Shown here piece by piece: positions 38,711 to 51,800 of a stretch of 56,167 nucleotides of DNA; within the stretch, counting starts at the first letter, position 1; every line of letters starts with the position of its first letter. A model generated the notes under the pieces. That model was not told the DNA's origin. It made no database searches and worked only from the letters and a program-made list of their open reading frames with translations. The stretch comes from Fonticula alba ATCC 38817 (Eukaryota; Protista; Nucleariida). Location: NCBI GenBank assembly GCA_000388065.2, contig KB932203.1; one strand, 5' to 3'. The position numbers and the translations under genes were made by a program.

Positions 38711-41580
38711 CGTTCGGGTTGCAGGGGGCAGGCATGCCCCGGGAAGGCGGGCGCGGCCGGCCGGGGCGGGGGAGGCCCGGCGCTTTGGGAGGGTGGTGCT
38801 CCGGGGCCGACCGCCGGCGTCAAGCTCGGGACGGCCATCCCACTTCGCATGGATGTCCACGAGAGGGGCGCATGTGGGGCGCCCTCGTGCGTTGGACCGC
38901 AAGAGGGGCACTGGAAGCAGGGCGACCGGGCGAGAGCCCCCCCCCCCCCCCCATATGAGGGCCTCTCTCGGCGCCGGCCCGCGCGCAGGCGCCTCAACAC
39001 GCGCGGCGCCCCGGCGGACATTGGCCATGTGCATTCCCTCCCCCGGGACCGTCCTCGCAGAGGGCCACCTGGCGGCGACCCGGCCGGGTGCAGGGGAAAG
39101 AGGCCCGGGGGAATATCAGCCTGGTGCATTCCCCCCCCCCGGTTGAACCCCCCGTCTGGACTCACAGCACGCCCGAGGGCGGGGCTCGGGGCCGGGCCGG
39201 CAGACAGGGCTCGAGCGGCATTCGAATCGCCTGGAAGGCGCCGCGAAGGGGACAAAAGCCCGGCACTCCGGCGCGCGCCAGGCCGGCCGACATTCAAGCC
39301 GGCGAGCGGGCGGCCCCGGGCCATTCCCCCTGGGCGAGCTGCAAGCCCCTCGCCACGACAGGGCGCCGCGAAGGCCGCTCGGACCAGAAGGATCGAGACA
39401 TCCCAATCCTCCCTTGGTCAGGGGAGAACACCGAAAGGAGGGGGGGGGGAACGGGGGCGGGGCGGGGGCCCTCCGGGCTACAGTGAGGATGCCGCCAAAG
39501 GTGCCGACAAGCGACGCCCCGGGCGCGAGAGTCGGCATCGGCCTCCGACGGTCGGACAGGGCGGACCCGAGCAGGAGACGAACTGCCGCGTCTCGACCGT
39601 GTCAAATCCAGCCCGGATATGTGGACGGGCACGTTAGGAGACGCGGGGCATCTCCGGGCTCACGGGCCTGGGGCCCTCTCCTGTCTCCGGGAAGGTGCGC
39701 AAGCGCACGACGTATTCCCTCCTGGACGGGGACACACCCCCGCCATCATCCACCCCCCCTCCCCCCCATTCAGGGGGCCGGCATATGTGCTCGCCGGTCG
39801 GCACCGGGCTCCGGCCCAGCCTCGGCGGGCGTGAGGGCGCCTCCTCGCGGGTGCCTTTGCTGATGCCACCGAAATCCAAGCCCGGGTGCTCCGGGGGAGG
39901 GAGTCGCGCCTGGAGGAAAGGACCTCAAGGCCTGCGACACATCGCACGACCCCTTTGGTGGTGTGCGGCCTCAATAAGGCGCAATAAAGGGCGAATATTA
40001 GAGTCGGGTTTTTCGGAGAACCGTCTGAATTATGGGCTGCGATCGAAATGGACGGTCGGACGCAGGCCCCCACACCCGGCCGGGGACTCTCGCCCTGCCG
40101 GGCGGGGAGGCGCGGGTCAGGGGGGCGCCGGGAACGATGCGGTGCCTCGGGCTCTTGTTCGCTTCGCCTGGCTATTCCGGCGGCCCCCGGCCGCTCCCTG
40201 TGTATGGCCGCCGCCCAGGGGACGGTTCGGCGAGGTCCCGGCCGGCGAGAGGCGGGGCCCGCCGCGCCGGCAGCCCGGTGCCGGGCAGCCCGGCACCGAC
40301 ATTGTGGCGCCGCGAACGTGCGCATCTGAGCCCGCGGACACACCGACGGCGCGAACAGCTGGCTGAACGGGGCCTCCCGGGGGACGGGGCGGAGGGAAAG
40401 CGGGCTGGGCTGGTTCTTGTGGCGCAAGAGGACAGCCACCAATCAGGTGTAGATGGCCGCGACGTGGGGCCTCTCCCCCGGTCCCACCGTCAGACAGGAC
40501 TCCCGGACCCAAGTCCCACATGACGGACACACACAAACTTGCTTGCCCGGGGGTCGCTCCGGGGTCCTTGTGGCTGCCAGGGCGTTCCCCGAAAGTCAAA
40601 GTCCGCCTTCTGGAGCCGACCTTCGCGACGCTCACCGAGTCCGGCCGGAGCCGGGCCTGGCCGGACACAGGGGCCGCGCACCCGGCGGGTGTGCCCTGCG
40701 GCGGATAGGGGGCGTCGACCGACGGCCGGGCGGGGAATCCCCCTCTGCCGGGGGACATATCCCCATCGGCACTCTGCTCGGTCTTCGTGGCAGGGCGGGG
40801 GGCGAGGGGCTGCGGGGCCTGGCCTGCTGGCCGGTCGGGAAGGGGCCGGAGGGGACGTCAACCGCCTCAGCCCATCTCGCCCAGAGTCGTTGCCTAGGCG
40901 CGCCCCCTCCCCCCCCCCCCCCGGCATGCCCCCGGATGTGGGCTCCCGCCTCCTGGTCGTCCGGTTAGGGGGGGGGGGTGAACAAGGCGGGCGCGGCTGC
41001 CCCTGCCCAGGGCGTGCGGGCCTTTGCGCCAGCATGCACGCCTCCCCCGCGGGGACGCAGCGCGCGCGCGCGCGCGGCTATAGGGGGCACACGGTGAGGG
41101 GGAACCCCTCGGCCCCCGCATCTGGGTGGTGGTGAGACAGACGGCGCCGCCGCTGTGTGTGCCCTGCTCTCGCCCCTCCCTCCCGGCATTCGTGTCGGGT
41201 GCCCTGCTCGGGCCGGGGGAGTGGGTCGGTAGGGGGGGGGGGGCGGGGCAGGCGAGGGGACAATGGGCCTCGGACGGGCTGGATCCGGGAGGTGTCGTCA
41301 GGAGGCCAGCGCGCCTCCGCCGTTGTCGGGTGACGAGCCCCGGCAGGGGGAGGGACGTGGGAGGCATTGTGCATTCGAACTTGTCCGTGCATGTGTCGAC
41401 ACACACACACACAAACACAGGGCGAGGGGCCGGCAGCTCCTGCCTCCACCCCTGAGGAGCCGCCCATGTAGCCCGCGCTCGGTGTCACTTAAAAGTCCGT
41501 CTCCCCGGACATCCATGGTGAAACCCCGTTACCTGCTCTTTGAAACTTGCTTGTGTGTGAGTACCGTCCCTCGCCTATTC

Positions 41581-41679
41581 GTTCTCTCCTCGTTCTCTCC
41601 TCGTTCCCTCCTCGCTTCCTCCTCGCTCCCCTCCTCCCTCCCCTCCTCGCTCCCCTCCTCGCTCCCCTCCTCGCTCCCC
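41581..41679. repeat. Degenerate 11-12 nt tandem array (GTTCTCTCCTC grading to GCTCCCCTCCTC), about 8.5 units, upstream of the filamin-like gene
   Basis: Units parsed by eye at 41581, 41592, 41603, 41614, 41625, 41637, 41649, 41661 and 41673. Confidence 0.8.
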
Positions 41680-41842
41680 ACCATGATGCCTCCCCCGCCT
41701 CTCTGCCCCACTCGCCCTCACCGCCCTAACTTTCCGTGCCCGGTCTCCCTCTCCCTCTATCTCTCCCTCTCTCTCTCTCCGCCCCCCTCGCCGGCCATAG
41801 CTGTACACTCGTTTCTAAGGCGAATTCCCTTACCACTTCAAG

Positions 41843-44800
41843 ATGTCTCACAGCGAGGACGTTCAGAAGCGCGTGCGTGCTCCATTCCCCCCCCCTCCTC
41901 CTCCCCCCCTCGCTCCCTGTTCCATCCCTTTGTCTCCCTCCCCCTGCCCCTCACTCACTCACTCTCCCCCCCCCCTCCCCCTCCCCAACTTCACTCCACA
42001 GACCTTCACCAACTGGGCCAACAACTACCTCAACGACCGCGGTTATGAGATCAAGGACCTCTTCACCGACCTCGATGATGGTCTGATGCTGATCAACCTT
42101 CTGGAGATTATCTCCTCCAAGAAGCTTGGCCGCTACAACCGCAAGCCTTCGCTCAAGTTCCAGATGGGTGAGAACCTGACCCTCTGCTTCAGCTTCCTGG
42201 CTTCGGAGAACATCAAGCTGGTCAACATCAACAACGAGGATATCTGGGACCACAACCCGCGCCTGATTCTCGGTCTCCTGTGGACCATCATTCTGCGCTA
42301 CCAGGTGAACCGCGTGTCGGCCACCGCCGAGGGCCCGGCCGCCACCAGCGCCAAGAACGCCATCCTCCAGTGGGTTTCTTCGCGCTCTCGCGAGGACGTC
42401 AAGTCTTTCTCCGACTTCAACGACGGTCGCATCCTCTCCAAGCTGGTCAACCACCTGTCTCGCCTGGCCGGCCAGGAGCGCCCCTTCGATGTGGACGCCC
42501 TCGACACCGCCGATGGCTTCGGCAACAACGATGCCGCCATCAAGAAGGCCGAGGAGGCTCCCCTTGGCATCCGCGCCCTCATCGACGCCGATGTCCTGGT
42601 CACCCCGAAGCCCGATGACATGTCCTGCATGACCTACATCTCTGCCTACATTGCCAAGGAGAATGAGCTGCTCGGTGGCCGCCCCTGGAACCCGGAGGAC
42701 AGCCTGGACCTGCAGTACACCGTCTCCGGCCCGGGTGTCAGCTCCCCGGTCGACGAGCAGGCCGACACTTATGTCCTGATTCTCATCAAGGACTCCGACG
42801 GCAATGTCGTCACCTCTGCCCCGGAGGAGCAGCCCGCCTCTCCGGGCGCCACCACCGAGGGCGAGGGCTCCCCCGAGGTCCCTGCCGATGATGGTCTTAC
42901 TCCCGTCGCCGCCCCGGTCTCCGCCGCCAGTGTCCAGGTTGAGGTCTTCAACCCGGAGGGTGACCAGCTGTCTGTCGCCCCGCTCCAGACCCAGGAGGAT
43001 GGCCACCTGCGCGCTGACTATGCCACCGGCGACCAGGGTGGCTATGTCATCACCATCAAGGACTCCAAGGGCTCCCATGTTGCTGACTCCCCCTATGAGG
43101 TGACTGTCGGCCCGCGTATGTGCCCNNNNNNNNNNNNNNNNNNNNNNNNNNNNNNNNNNNNNNNNNNNNNNNNNNNNNNNNNNNNNNNNNNNNNNNNNNN
43201 NNNNNNNNNNNNNNNNNNNNNNNNNNNNNNNNCCCCCCCCCCCCCGTTCCCCCAGTGCCCGATGCCGCCAACTCCAAGGCCTACGGCCCTGGTCTCGTGT
43301 CCCCGCCTGTTGCCATTGAGACTCACTTCTTTGTCGAGGCTCGCAACACCAAGGGCGACCTGATTGCCGCCCCCCCGGCCGGCGGTCTGGCCAAGTCCAA
43401 GGAGCCGGTCACGGTCACCGTCACTGCCCCGGAGACCGGTGCCGTCCTGCCCAGCTCCATCGACGTCAACGAGGAGAGCATCCGCAATGTGGTCTTCTCC
43501 CCCGAGTCCCAGGGTGTGCACATCGTCGAGGTCAAGGTCGGCGGTGAGCATGTCGTTGGCTCTCCCTTCCAGGTCCCGGTCCGCAACAAGGCTTCCGGTG
43601 CCCAGTCCAAGGCCTACGGCCCGGGTCTGGAGGCCGGCAACACCGCCGGTGCCGAGGCCCAGTTCACCGTCGAGGTCTGCGACGAGGAGGGCAACGCCAT
43701 CCCCGTCACCGGTGTCGTCACCGATGAGGCCACCGGTGCCCTGGCTCACGATGCCGCTTCCGTGGTCGTGACCAACCCCGCCGGCGAGGCCGTCGCCGTT
43801 GTGCTGACCGCCAACGAGGATGGCACTCGTGGTGCTGCCTACACCCCCAGCGAGAAGGGCACCTACGGTGTGGCCGTCGTTGTTGATGGTGAGCCGGTCC
43901 CCGGGTCTGAGTTCACCGTGGCCATCCTCGGCGCCCCGACCGGTGGTTCTTCCTCGGCCGAGGGTGTCGGCCTCGAGCGCCCGCTTGCCGGCCAGCCCGC
44001 CCCCTTCGTGGTCACTGTCCGCGATGTGGATGGCGATGTGATCCCCCTGCGCGCGGACCGCCCGGCCGATGCCGAGCTGGTCAAGGTGGCCGTTCGTGAC
44101 GCCGCCGGCCAGGAGGTCCCCTTCACTTCGACCATCGCCGAGGACGGTACCGTCCAGGTGGAGTACCTCCCCCCGGCCGCCGGCAAGTATGAGGTGGATG
44201 TTCTCGTTGGCGAGGAGCATGTCCCGGGCTCGACCTTCTCTCCGGAGATCCGCCCCGACTATGATGCCAGCAAGTGCGAGGCCTTCGGCCCGGGTCTGGA
44301 GTCGGCCGCCGACCATGTTGACACCGACTTCTTCGTGCGCGTGCGCGATGCCGCCGGCAATGATGTTGCCTGCCTGCCGCTGGAGGAGGGCGTCACCGAG
44401 TCCGACACCAACCCCACCGGGCATGTCAATGTCAAGATCACCGGTCCCGATGGCGAGGAGGTCCCGGCCCAGCTGACCCCGGCCAGCGATGGTACCATGA
44501 AGGTCAGCTACGAGCCGACCTCCGTCGGTGATCACCAGGTCGAGGTCCTGGTCAATGGCGATGGTGTCCCCGGTTCCGTGTTCACCGTTCCGGTGGGCTC
44601 TGGTGCCGATGTGTCCAAGACCAAGGTCGAGGGCAAGGGCACCAAGAAGGCCGACACCGAGAACCCGACGGAGTTTGTGGTCACCCCGCGCACCGCTTCC
44701 AAGGATGCTCGTCCGGCTGGTGCCGATGAGATCACCGCCACCGTCACCGATGCCGACGGCGAGGACATCCCGGCCACTGTCACCGACAACGGCGATGGCA

Positions 44801-45711
44801 CCTACACCGTGGCCTACCAGCCCACCAAGCCCGTCAACCATGAGGTCGATGTCAAGGTCAACGGCGAGACCGTTCCCAAGGCCCCGTTCAAGGTCAAGGT
44901 CAATGTCGGTGCCGATGCCAACAACTGCACCGGCGAGGGCATGGGCCTGAACGCCCCGATGGTCAACGAGGAGACCCACTTCTTTGTCATCAAGCGCGAC
45001 AAGAACAACGAGGTGGCTGCCTTCGACCCGGAGACCGACAACTTCACCTGCGAGATTGTCGATCCCAGCGGCAAGGCCGTCGAGGCTGCCCTGGTGATTG
45101 TCGGCTCGGAGCAGCCTGCTGCCACCGAGGAGACCGAGGAGGCCGAGGCCACCGAGGAGGAGGCTGCTGCCCCTGCCGCCGCCGAGGAGACTGAGGAGAC
45201 CGAGGGCGACGACTCGGCCGCCGCCACCGAGGCCGCCGACGAGCACACCGGTGCCTACCGCGTCACCTACACTCCCCTGGTCCCTGGCCGCCACACCATC
45301 AAGCTTTGCATCAACGGCAAGGCCATCAAGCGCAGCCCCTTCCGCGTGAACGTCCGCAAGGCCGCCACCGTGTCCATGAACGTCGATGGCATCAAGATCA
45401 ACGACGTCGCCGTCAAGATCAAGGAGGGTACCTCTACCCACATCATCCACGAGCTTCCTGGCGGTCGCTTCCTGAAGATTTCCTTCGATGTCGGCCGTCC
45501 CGAGGATGCCGACCCGTCCGACGATGAGGATGAGGTCGCCGGCGAGGAGGAGGAGGAGGAGCAGCAGCAGGAGGAGGCCGCCGCCCCGGCTGCTGCTGCT
45601 GGCTCCGCCGACGAGTCCGCCGCCGCCGAGGAGGCTGCCCCGACCGCCGAGGCCCCCAAGGATGCCGCCCCGGCTGAGGCTGCCGCCGTTGAGGAGGAGA
45701 TTGCCGCCTAA
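41843..45711 (+). CDS. Filamin/ABP-120 (gelation factor)-like actin cross-linker with tandem CH1-CH2 domains, about 7 filamin Ig-like repeats and an acidic tail. Exons 41843-41872, 42002-43115, 43256-45711, about 1199 aa
   Basis: QKR|TFTNWAN, DLFTDLDDGLMLINLLEIIS and LILGLLWTIILRY (CH1), CH2 with PDDMSCMTYIS, and repeated (S/C)KA(Y/F)GPGL...DGT..V.Y.P...G.Y.V.V.V.G..VPGSPF units. The N-gap lies within intron 2 and the phases match. Confidence 0.92.
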
Positions 45712-47076
45712 TGGAGGGTGAGCTGGTCTCTCTCTGCCGCGCGCCGCCCATGTGCGCAGGGGGGAGAGGATGGGCGGAGGACGGGCGGACGAGGCGTGAC
45801 AATGTTGTTGTAGCCCTCCTCTCGAGGGCGGCGGCGGGGGGGGNNNNNNNNNNNNNNNNNNNNNNNNNNNNNNNNNNNNNNNNNNNNNNNNNNNNNNNNN
45901 NNNNNNNNNNNNNNNNNNNNNNNNNNNNNNNNNNNNNNNNNNNNNNNNNNNNNNNNNNNNNNNNNNNNNNNNTGCCCCCCCTCAGTGTGTCTTGTTGTTG
46001 CCCAACAGAAGCATGCCTAGGCGGCGCATTTATACTCATCATCCATATTTGTGTAGAGAGGGTGTGTATTCTCTCTCCCCTCCCCTTTAAATATACCCCT
46101 CCTTCTCCTTCACCGTGTGTGGTGTGTTACGCGGGGCCGGGACAAGGGAGGCGGGCGCAGCGCTCCTCCCCCCCCCCTCCATCCAAGAGCGTGTCTTCTT
46201 CCCGAGGAGAGAGGTGTGTGTGGCTCGGGGGGGGGGGGGGATGTGTGGACGAGCGTGTCGGCCTCCTCCTTCCCCCTCTCCTCGCCGCCTTTCCGGGAGG
46301 CGTGTGTGAGCGCATGGAGGATGTTGGGGAAGGTTATGGTAAGCACCTGGGAGCATCGCACGTTTGCGCCATCCGCGGGCTGGCGGAGAGAAGCCCGCGA
46401 AGAGGGCGTGCATTTTTTTTCGCGAGGGCGTGTCTACCTCCTCCCTGGCGTCGAGCTGTTCTGTGGTGCCTGCGGTGCACTCCTCTTCAACATTTGGAGG
46501 CTTCACGTTCCTGTTGACGCGGGCGTTCTCCTCCCTCTCCCTCGCTCCCTCCCTCGCTCCCTCTTTCTCTCTCTCTCTCTCTTTCTCTCTCGCTCATTTT
46601 CTTGGTCCTACAGGGGAGGATGCGGACCCGAGCATTTCCCTTCGTGTCGTGTTTGGCATGGTCTGCTGCGTCTTTTCTTCATCTCACTGTCCCTTGTGCT
46701 GAGGGCCACCCCTCGGCGGTAGTGTCAATCCCCTGTCGCCCTCCTCACCCTTTCGCGCGGTGCTTTTATTTTTCTCGCCCTCGCGCCAGGGTGAATTGCA
46801 GAAGGATCATCTGAAAATAAAGCACACGAACAGAGGATCTACAAAGGAAGAAGGACAATCTGGTTCCAGGATAACTCTGCTATCTCCATTTGCAGATCAC
46901 ACTTATGTGCCCGGAGACTCATCCCCCCGGGGGAGAAGGACCCAGTCATCGAGAACCAGGGGCGTGAGGTGGGGGCCTACACAAGACACTGTTGTTGGGG
47001 GCGCATCGGCCCTTGCACCCGACGACCCGGCATACCTGGGACCCAACGCAACGGCCCTCCTCTCTTCAGGGCGCGT

Positions 47077-47886
47077 NNNNNNNNNNNNNNNNNNNNNNNN
47101 NNNNNNNNNNNNNNNNNNNNNNNNNNNNNNNNNNNNNNNNNNNNNNNNNNNNNNNNNNNNNNNNNNNNNNNNNNNNNNNNNNNNNNNNNNNNNNNNNNNN
47201 NNNNNNNNNNNNNNNNNNNNNNNNNNNNNNNNNNNNNNNNNNNNNNNNNNNNNNNNNNNNNNNNNNNNNNNNNNNNNNNNNNNNNNNNNNNNNNNNNNNN
47301 NNNNNNNNNNNNNNNNNNNNNNNNNNNNNNNNNNNNNNNNNNNNNNNNNNNNNNNNNNNNNNNNNNNNNNNNNNNNNNNNNNNNNNNNNNNNNNNNNNNN
47401 NNNNNNNNNNNNNNNNNNNNNNNNNNNNNNNNNNNNNNNNNNNNNNNNNNNNNNNNNNNNNNNNNNNNNNNNNNNNNNNNNNNNNNNNNNNNNNNNNNNN
47501 NNNNNNNNNNNNNNNNNNNNNNNNNNNNNNNNNNNNNNNNNNNNNNNNNNNNNNNNNNNNNNNNNNNNNNNNNNNNNNNNNNNNNNNNNNNNNNNNNNNN
47601 NNNNNNNNNNNNNNNNNNNNNNNNNNNNNNNNNNNNNNNNNNNNNNNNNNNNNNNNNNNNNNNNNNNNNNNNNNNNNNNNNNNNNNNNNNNNNNNNNNNN
47701 NNNNNNNNNNNNNNNNNNNNNNNNNNNNNNNNNNNNNNNNNNNNNNNNNNNNNNNNNNNNNNNNNNNNNNNNNNNNNNNNNNNNNNNNNNNNNNNNNNNN
47801 NNNNNNNNNNNNNNNNNNNNNNNNNNNNNNNNNNNNNNNNNNNNNNNNNNNNNNNNNNNNNNNNNNNNNNNNNNNNNNNNNNNNNN
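47077..47886. other. Largest assembly gap (810 N). Other gaps: 2762-3026, 7726-7745, 12209-12218, 14823-14873, 17922-18104, 21186-21352, 43126-43232, 45844-45972, 52703-52712
   Basis: Runs of N in the sequence. Confidence 1.
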
Positions 47887-47917
<31 letters not shown>

Positions 47918-47940
47918 CCCCTTCCTCCCTCCGCTCCCAG

Positions 47941-48144
47941 GGCAACCTGCTCAATTACAAGTCCTGCGACGAGGTTTGGCAGCTCACTGTCAAGGATGCG
48001 GTCTTCCGGGGGACTGACAGCGCTGCCGGTCAACAGGATGGCACTCCTCCCCCCTCGGCCGGCGGACCCGGCACCCCGCTGACCATCAGCTGCTTGCAGA
48101 TCGTGGCAGTGCCGGTGCCGCCCAACTTCCGTCCCGCCAACTAG
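47941..48144 (+). CDS. TOA2: Last exon of transcription factor IIA gamma (small) subunit. The 5' exons are presumably in the 47077-47886 gap
   Basis: GNLLNYKSCDEVWQLTVKDAVFR aligns with the TFIIA-gamma motif G.L.TYRFCDNVWTF...D..FR, and LQIVAV matches the terminal (V)KIVAC strand. A CT tract and CAG acceptor precede it. Confidence 0.65.
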   Translation, partial: GNLLNYKSCDEVWQLTVKDAVFRGTDSAAGQQDGTPPPSAGGPGTPLTISCLQIVAVPVPPNFRPAN

Positions 48145-48823
48145 GCGCCCAAAGTTGGAGGTCTTCCGCTGCCCTTCTCTCCTTCTGATATCCGCTTTTG
48201 CTGGCCCCCCCCAGGCGGATGCCCTCTGTCTGTGTCCTGCCCCATGCCCGATTCCCCCCCCCCGTATGAGACGCCAGCCTGTATATTATCACTACATCGG
48301 CCAGTTACGAATCCGTCCGACAGTCCCCCCTTCCCCTTTCTCCCCGACTTTGGTCCCTCGACGCTGTTTCATCACCTTCAGCCCCTTCCCCCTTGCCTGA
48401 GTACATCGCCCCTGTATAGGTCGACGATCGGGCAGCCATGTGTGAGGGTTTCCCGACCTGCCTACGTCACCCGCATGCGTGTCTACTCATGGGCATTTTG
48501 TACTCCCCCCTTCCCCCCCCCCCTCTCCCCCCCTCTCCGCCACACCCCCTGTGAGCGAAGCACCAATACAAAAAGCCACATAAGAAAATGTAGCAATCAC
48601 CTTCTTCACATTTGCGCTCCACATATGTGCGTGGATAGTTTATTGTTCATCGGTGATCGGGAAGGCTCTCTGGAACCCCCTGCCTGTTGATGCGTGTGTA
48701 CAGGATCGAGTGTGCGTGCACGCGCGATCATGCTCATGCCGGTTGTGGTTGCACACGCAACGTCGGGCGCATGTCGCATGTATGCATGCTCCGCCGCGCT
48801 GCTGGGGCACTGAGCATCCTTTC

Positions 48824-51800
48824 TTACAAGCCAAGATAGGCCAGACGCTCGTTGTTCTTCAGCGCGTCGAACAGGACAGTTTGGCCAGATCCATCTAATC
48901 CCGGATTGTTGGAGAGCTCCAGGTGCGTGAGGCGCTTGTCAGCGGAAATGTGCTTGGCCAAAACGATGGCACACTCTGTGGTCAGCTGGCAGTCTGAGAG
49001 GGAGTGTGAGTGTGTGTGTGTGTGTGTGGCGGCGATGGCGGTGGCAGTGGTGACGGGGGAGGGGGCAGGGGAGTGTGGAGTTAGCATATGCCAAGTGCAA
49101 GTTGACAAGTATCCGAGAGGGATGAAGGAGGAGGACAGTGCTCGTGGCGCCTCGGCCGGTTCATTTGTGGCATGGCACATACTCTTGAGGATGAGAGAGG
49201 CGAGCTTCTTGTTCTTGATGACAGAGGCCGACAAGAGCGACATGGCTTCCGCAGTGATCGGATTGCCTGGAGACAGATGGTGTCAGACACAGTGCGAAAG
49301 GCCAAGGGGGGGGGGGGGGGAAAGGAGGGCTGAGAAGGGGTGAAGAAAAGGCGAAAATGGAACGAAAGAGGAAGCAGGCGATCTCCGTAGTGGAGCCTGG
49401 GAAGCCAGGGCACAGCACGCCGACACGATGCATACCTGACAGATCCAGCAGAGAAAGGTTGGGCGCGGTGCGGATGCCGTTGGCCAGGGCGGCCACCCGG
49501 TCCGGGGTCAGGTCCGACTCGGCAAGACGAAGGACACGAAGGGCCGTCGCGCGAGGGAGGGCATCCGCCAAAGCAGCGGCACCCTGCAGACGGAGACCGC
49601 CGGTCTTGGAGATGTCCAACACGCGCAGGATGCGATTATTTTCCAGAGCTCGAGACAGGATGGCCACACCATCCGAGCCAAGGGGATTGTCGGCCAAAAT
49701 CAAAGCACGGAGGCCGGCCGGGCCGGAGAACGAATCGGCGCCGCCAGCGCCGCCAGGGCGATCATCCGAGTCACTGTCGCTATCGTCCTCATCACTGCTG
49801 CTATCCGCAGCACGATGGCCGGCACCGGACCCCCGGCGACGTGACGAGCTAAATGCCTCGCCCAGTGCGCCGAAGGCCCCGCCAAAGAAGCCACTGCTCA
49901 AGGGGGACGCCTGTGACGGGGGAGAGCCGTAAACCATGCCACCGGCAGACTCAACATCACCGGAGGAACTCCGGGGGTTGAGGATGCGCGCCAGATGGCG
50001 GGTTGCCGTGGCGGAGATGTTGGTGCGCGAGAGATCCAGCTCCTGCAGACGGAGGACCGAGCCAGCTGGCGAGGATCCATACAGGCGAACATACATGGCA
50101 TCGCACAGGAGAGCCACGCTGTCATCGCCCAATGGGTTACCTGATGGCCGAGGAGGGGGGGGGGAAGGAGGGAGGGAGGGGTCCCGAGGAATGTCATCAG
50201 TGGGGAGGTGTCGGGGAAGAGCATGCTGACGGGAGAGGAGGAGGAAGAGGGAGAAACACATGGCATGGCGCACCACTGAGATTGATGGCACGGATGCAAG
50301 AGTTGTGAAGGAGAGCATTGGCCAGAGCACGGCTCCCATCAACACGGATCAGATTATCTGCGCACGAGGCGGAGGCGAGGTGATGGCGGCGGGGAAGGGG
50401 CGGGGGCCACAAAGTAGGGTGAGTTTGCCAGGTGAGGAGGGGGGAAGTTCAAATCGGGGCCGAGCGAGCAGGAAGGGCGAAAAGCCGGGCTGTGGTCGGG
50501 AGAAAGCGCACTGGCAAGACTGAGAACCTCGAGAGAGGTGTTTTGCCCGAGCCCAGTGGCGATGATGGCCGCCGAGGAGCCGAGCATGCGGACGTTCTCC
50601 AAATAAAGGGAGCGGATGGTCTTGCTGCTCTTCAGCCCCTCAGCCAGAGCGGTGAAAGTCTGAGCCGAGAGGGTTTGGTTGACTGGGGGCAATCGAGAGG
50701 CAAGAGGGGGGAGGAGGGGAGGAGCATTAGAGCCATGGAAAGAGACGGCGATGTGGCATTGTGAGGAGGAAGGGGGGGGGGGAGGGGGGAGGAGGCGTGA
50801 TCGCACAAGACAGGTCAAGCGTCCGGAGGGAGGGCAGCTGGAAGAGGGTATTCAGAAGGGGGAGCCAGTCGGGGCTGGGCGCATCGACGCCTGGGTGGTG
50901 GATCGGCGATGTTGACAAGTGACGAGAGGGGCAGTGGTGATGGGGTGTCAGAGAGAGAGAGAGAGATGGAGAGCCAAGTAGGGAGGGGGTGGCGACACGC
51001 TCAGACACAGGAGGCCACTGGGGGAGGAGGCAGGGACGCCAGGGGGCATGCGCACGGTTAAAGTAGGCCTCCTTGAGGGAGGTGTTACCGGAGAGGGCCT
51101 CGGCCAGCATGGGCAGCTGGCGCTTGGCCGAGGCTGAAAAAGCGCGGAGTTAGTGACGATGGCAGATCTTTCTCCATGTTGTGGATGGGGATGCAAGCAG
51201 GGCGCACCGGAGAATTGGAGAACCGAAAAGGAAGATCCTTCGCCAAGGAGGGAGGCCGCGGCACCCTGCTCGGGCCAGGCCCCGTCAGCGGAAAGGGTGG
51301 CATTTTCGGCGGAGCTGCTGGCGCTCGGCCCGCCGGCCATCAGCGCAGTATCATCACCCGAGGGGATGGACTCGACCGGGGCATCTTCTTCCTCATCGGA
51401 CGAGGCCGGCGTATCGTGCCAGTTGCCGGCCAGCGGGCCGGCCGCTTTGGACCGGCTCGGGGGAGTCCCTACCCCGGGTGGGACCAGCGAGTGACGCTTG
51501 GCATGGCTGTACTTGGAGGTGAAGCCTGTGCAGGAGGAAGCCACCAGGGGGGGGGGGGGGGGGAGAAGTGTCAAAAGCACAGATGGGAGAAGACTCGCCA
51601 CCATGGCATCGATCGGCCGGGCGAGGCGACCGAGAGGCCAAGAAAGGGCAAAGTGTGTGCGCGCGCGTACGGCCGGTTGGCTGGTTTTGGGTGGGGGTGG
51701 CCGAGTAGGCGTTGGAGCCCGAGGTGGCAGCACGCGCGGCAGCCGAGGCACCGCCTTGCAGGCGCGCAGCACCGGCATAAGCCGCGGCGTATGAGCATCG

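Noticed and set aside
40276-40298. Perfect 11-bp inverted repeat CGGTGCCGGGC-A-GCCCGGCACCG, and GGCGCCGCGAA recurring at about 39238, 39362 and 40306
   Set aside because: In 56 kb of very GC-rich DNA, roughly one such palindrome or repeat is expected by chance. There is no target-site duplication, transposase or spacing regularity.
41873-42001. In-frame FPPPP (EVH1-ligand-like) motif in filamin intron 1
   Set aside because: It derives from an intronic C-run, and retention would split the conserved first CH1 helix (QKR-TFTNW).
43093-45450. Long antisense ORFs (785 aa here; also 1048-2364, 28513-30156, 32544-34637, 41951-43078)
   Set aside because: They are shadows of real genes. Strong C-ending codon bias and high GC remove stop codons on the opposite strand, and the translations have no recognisable motifs.
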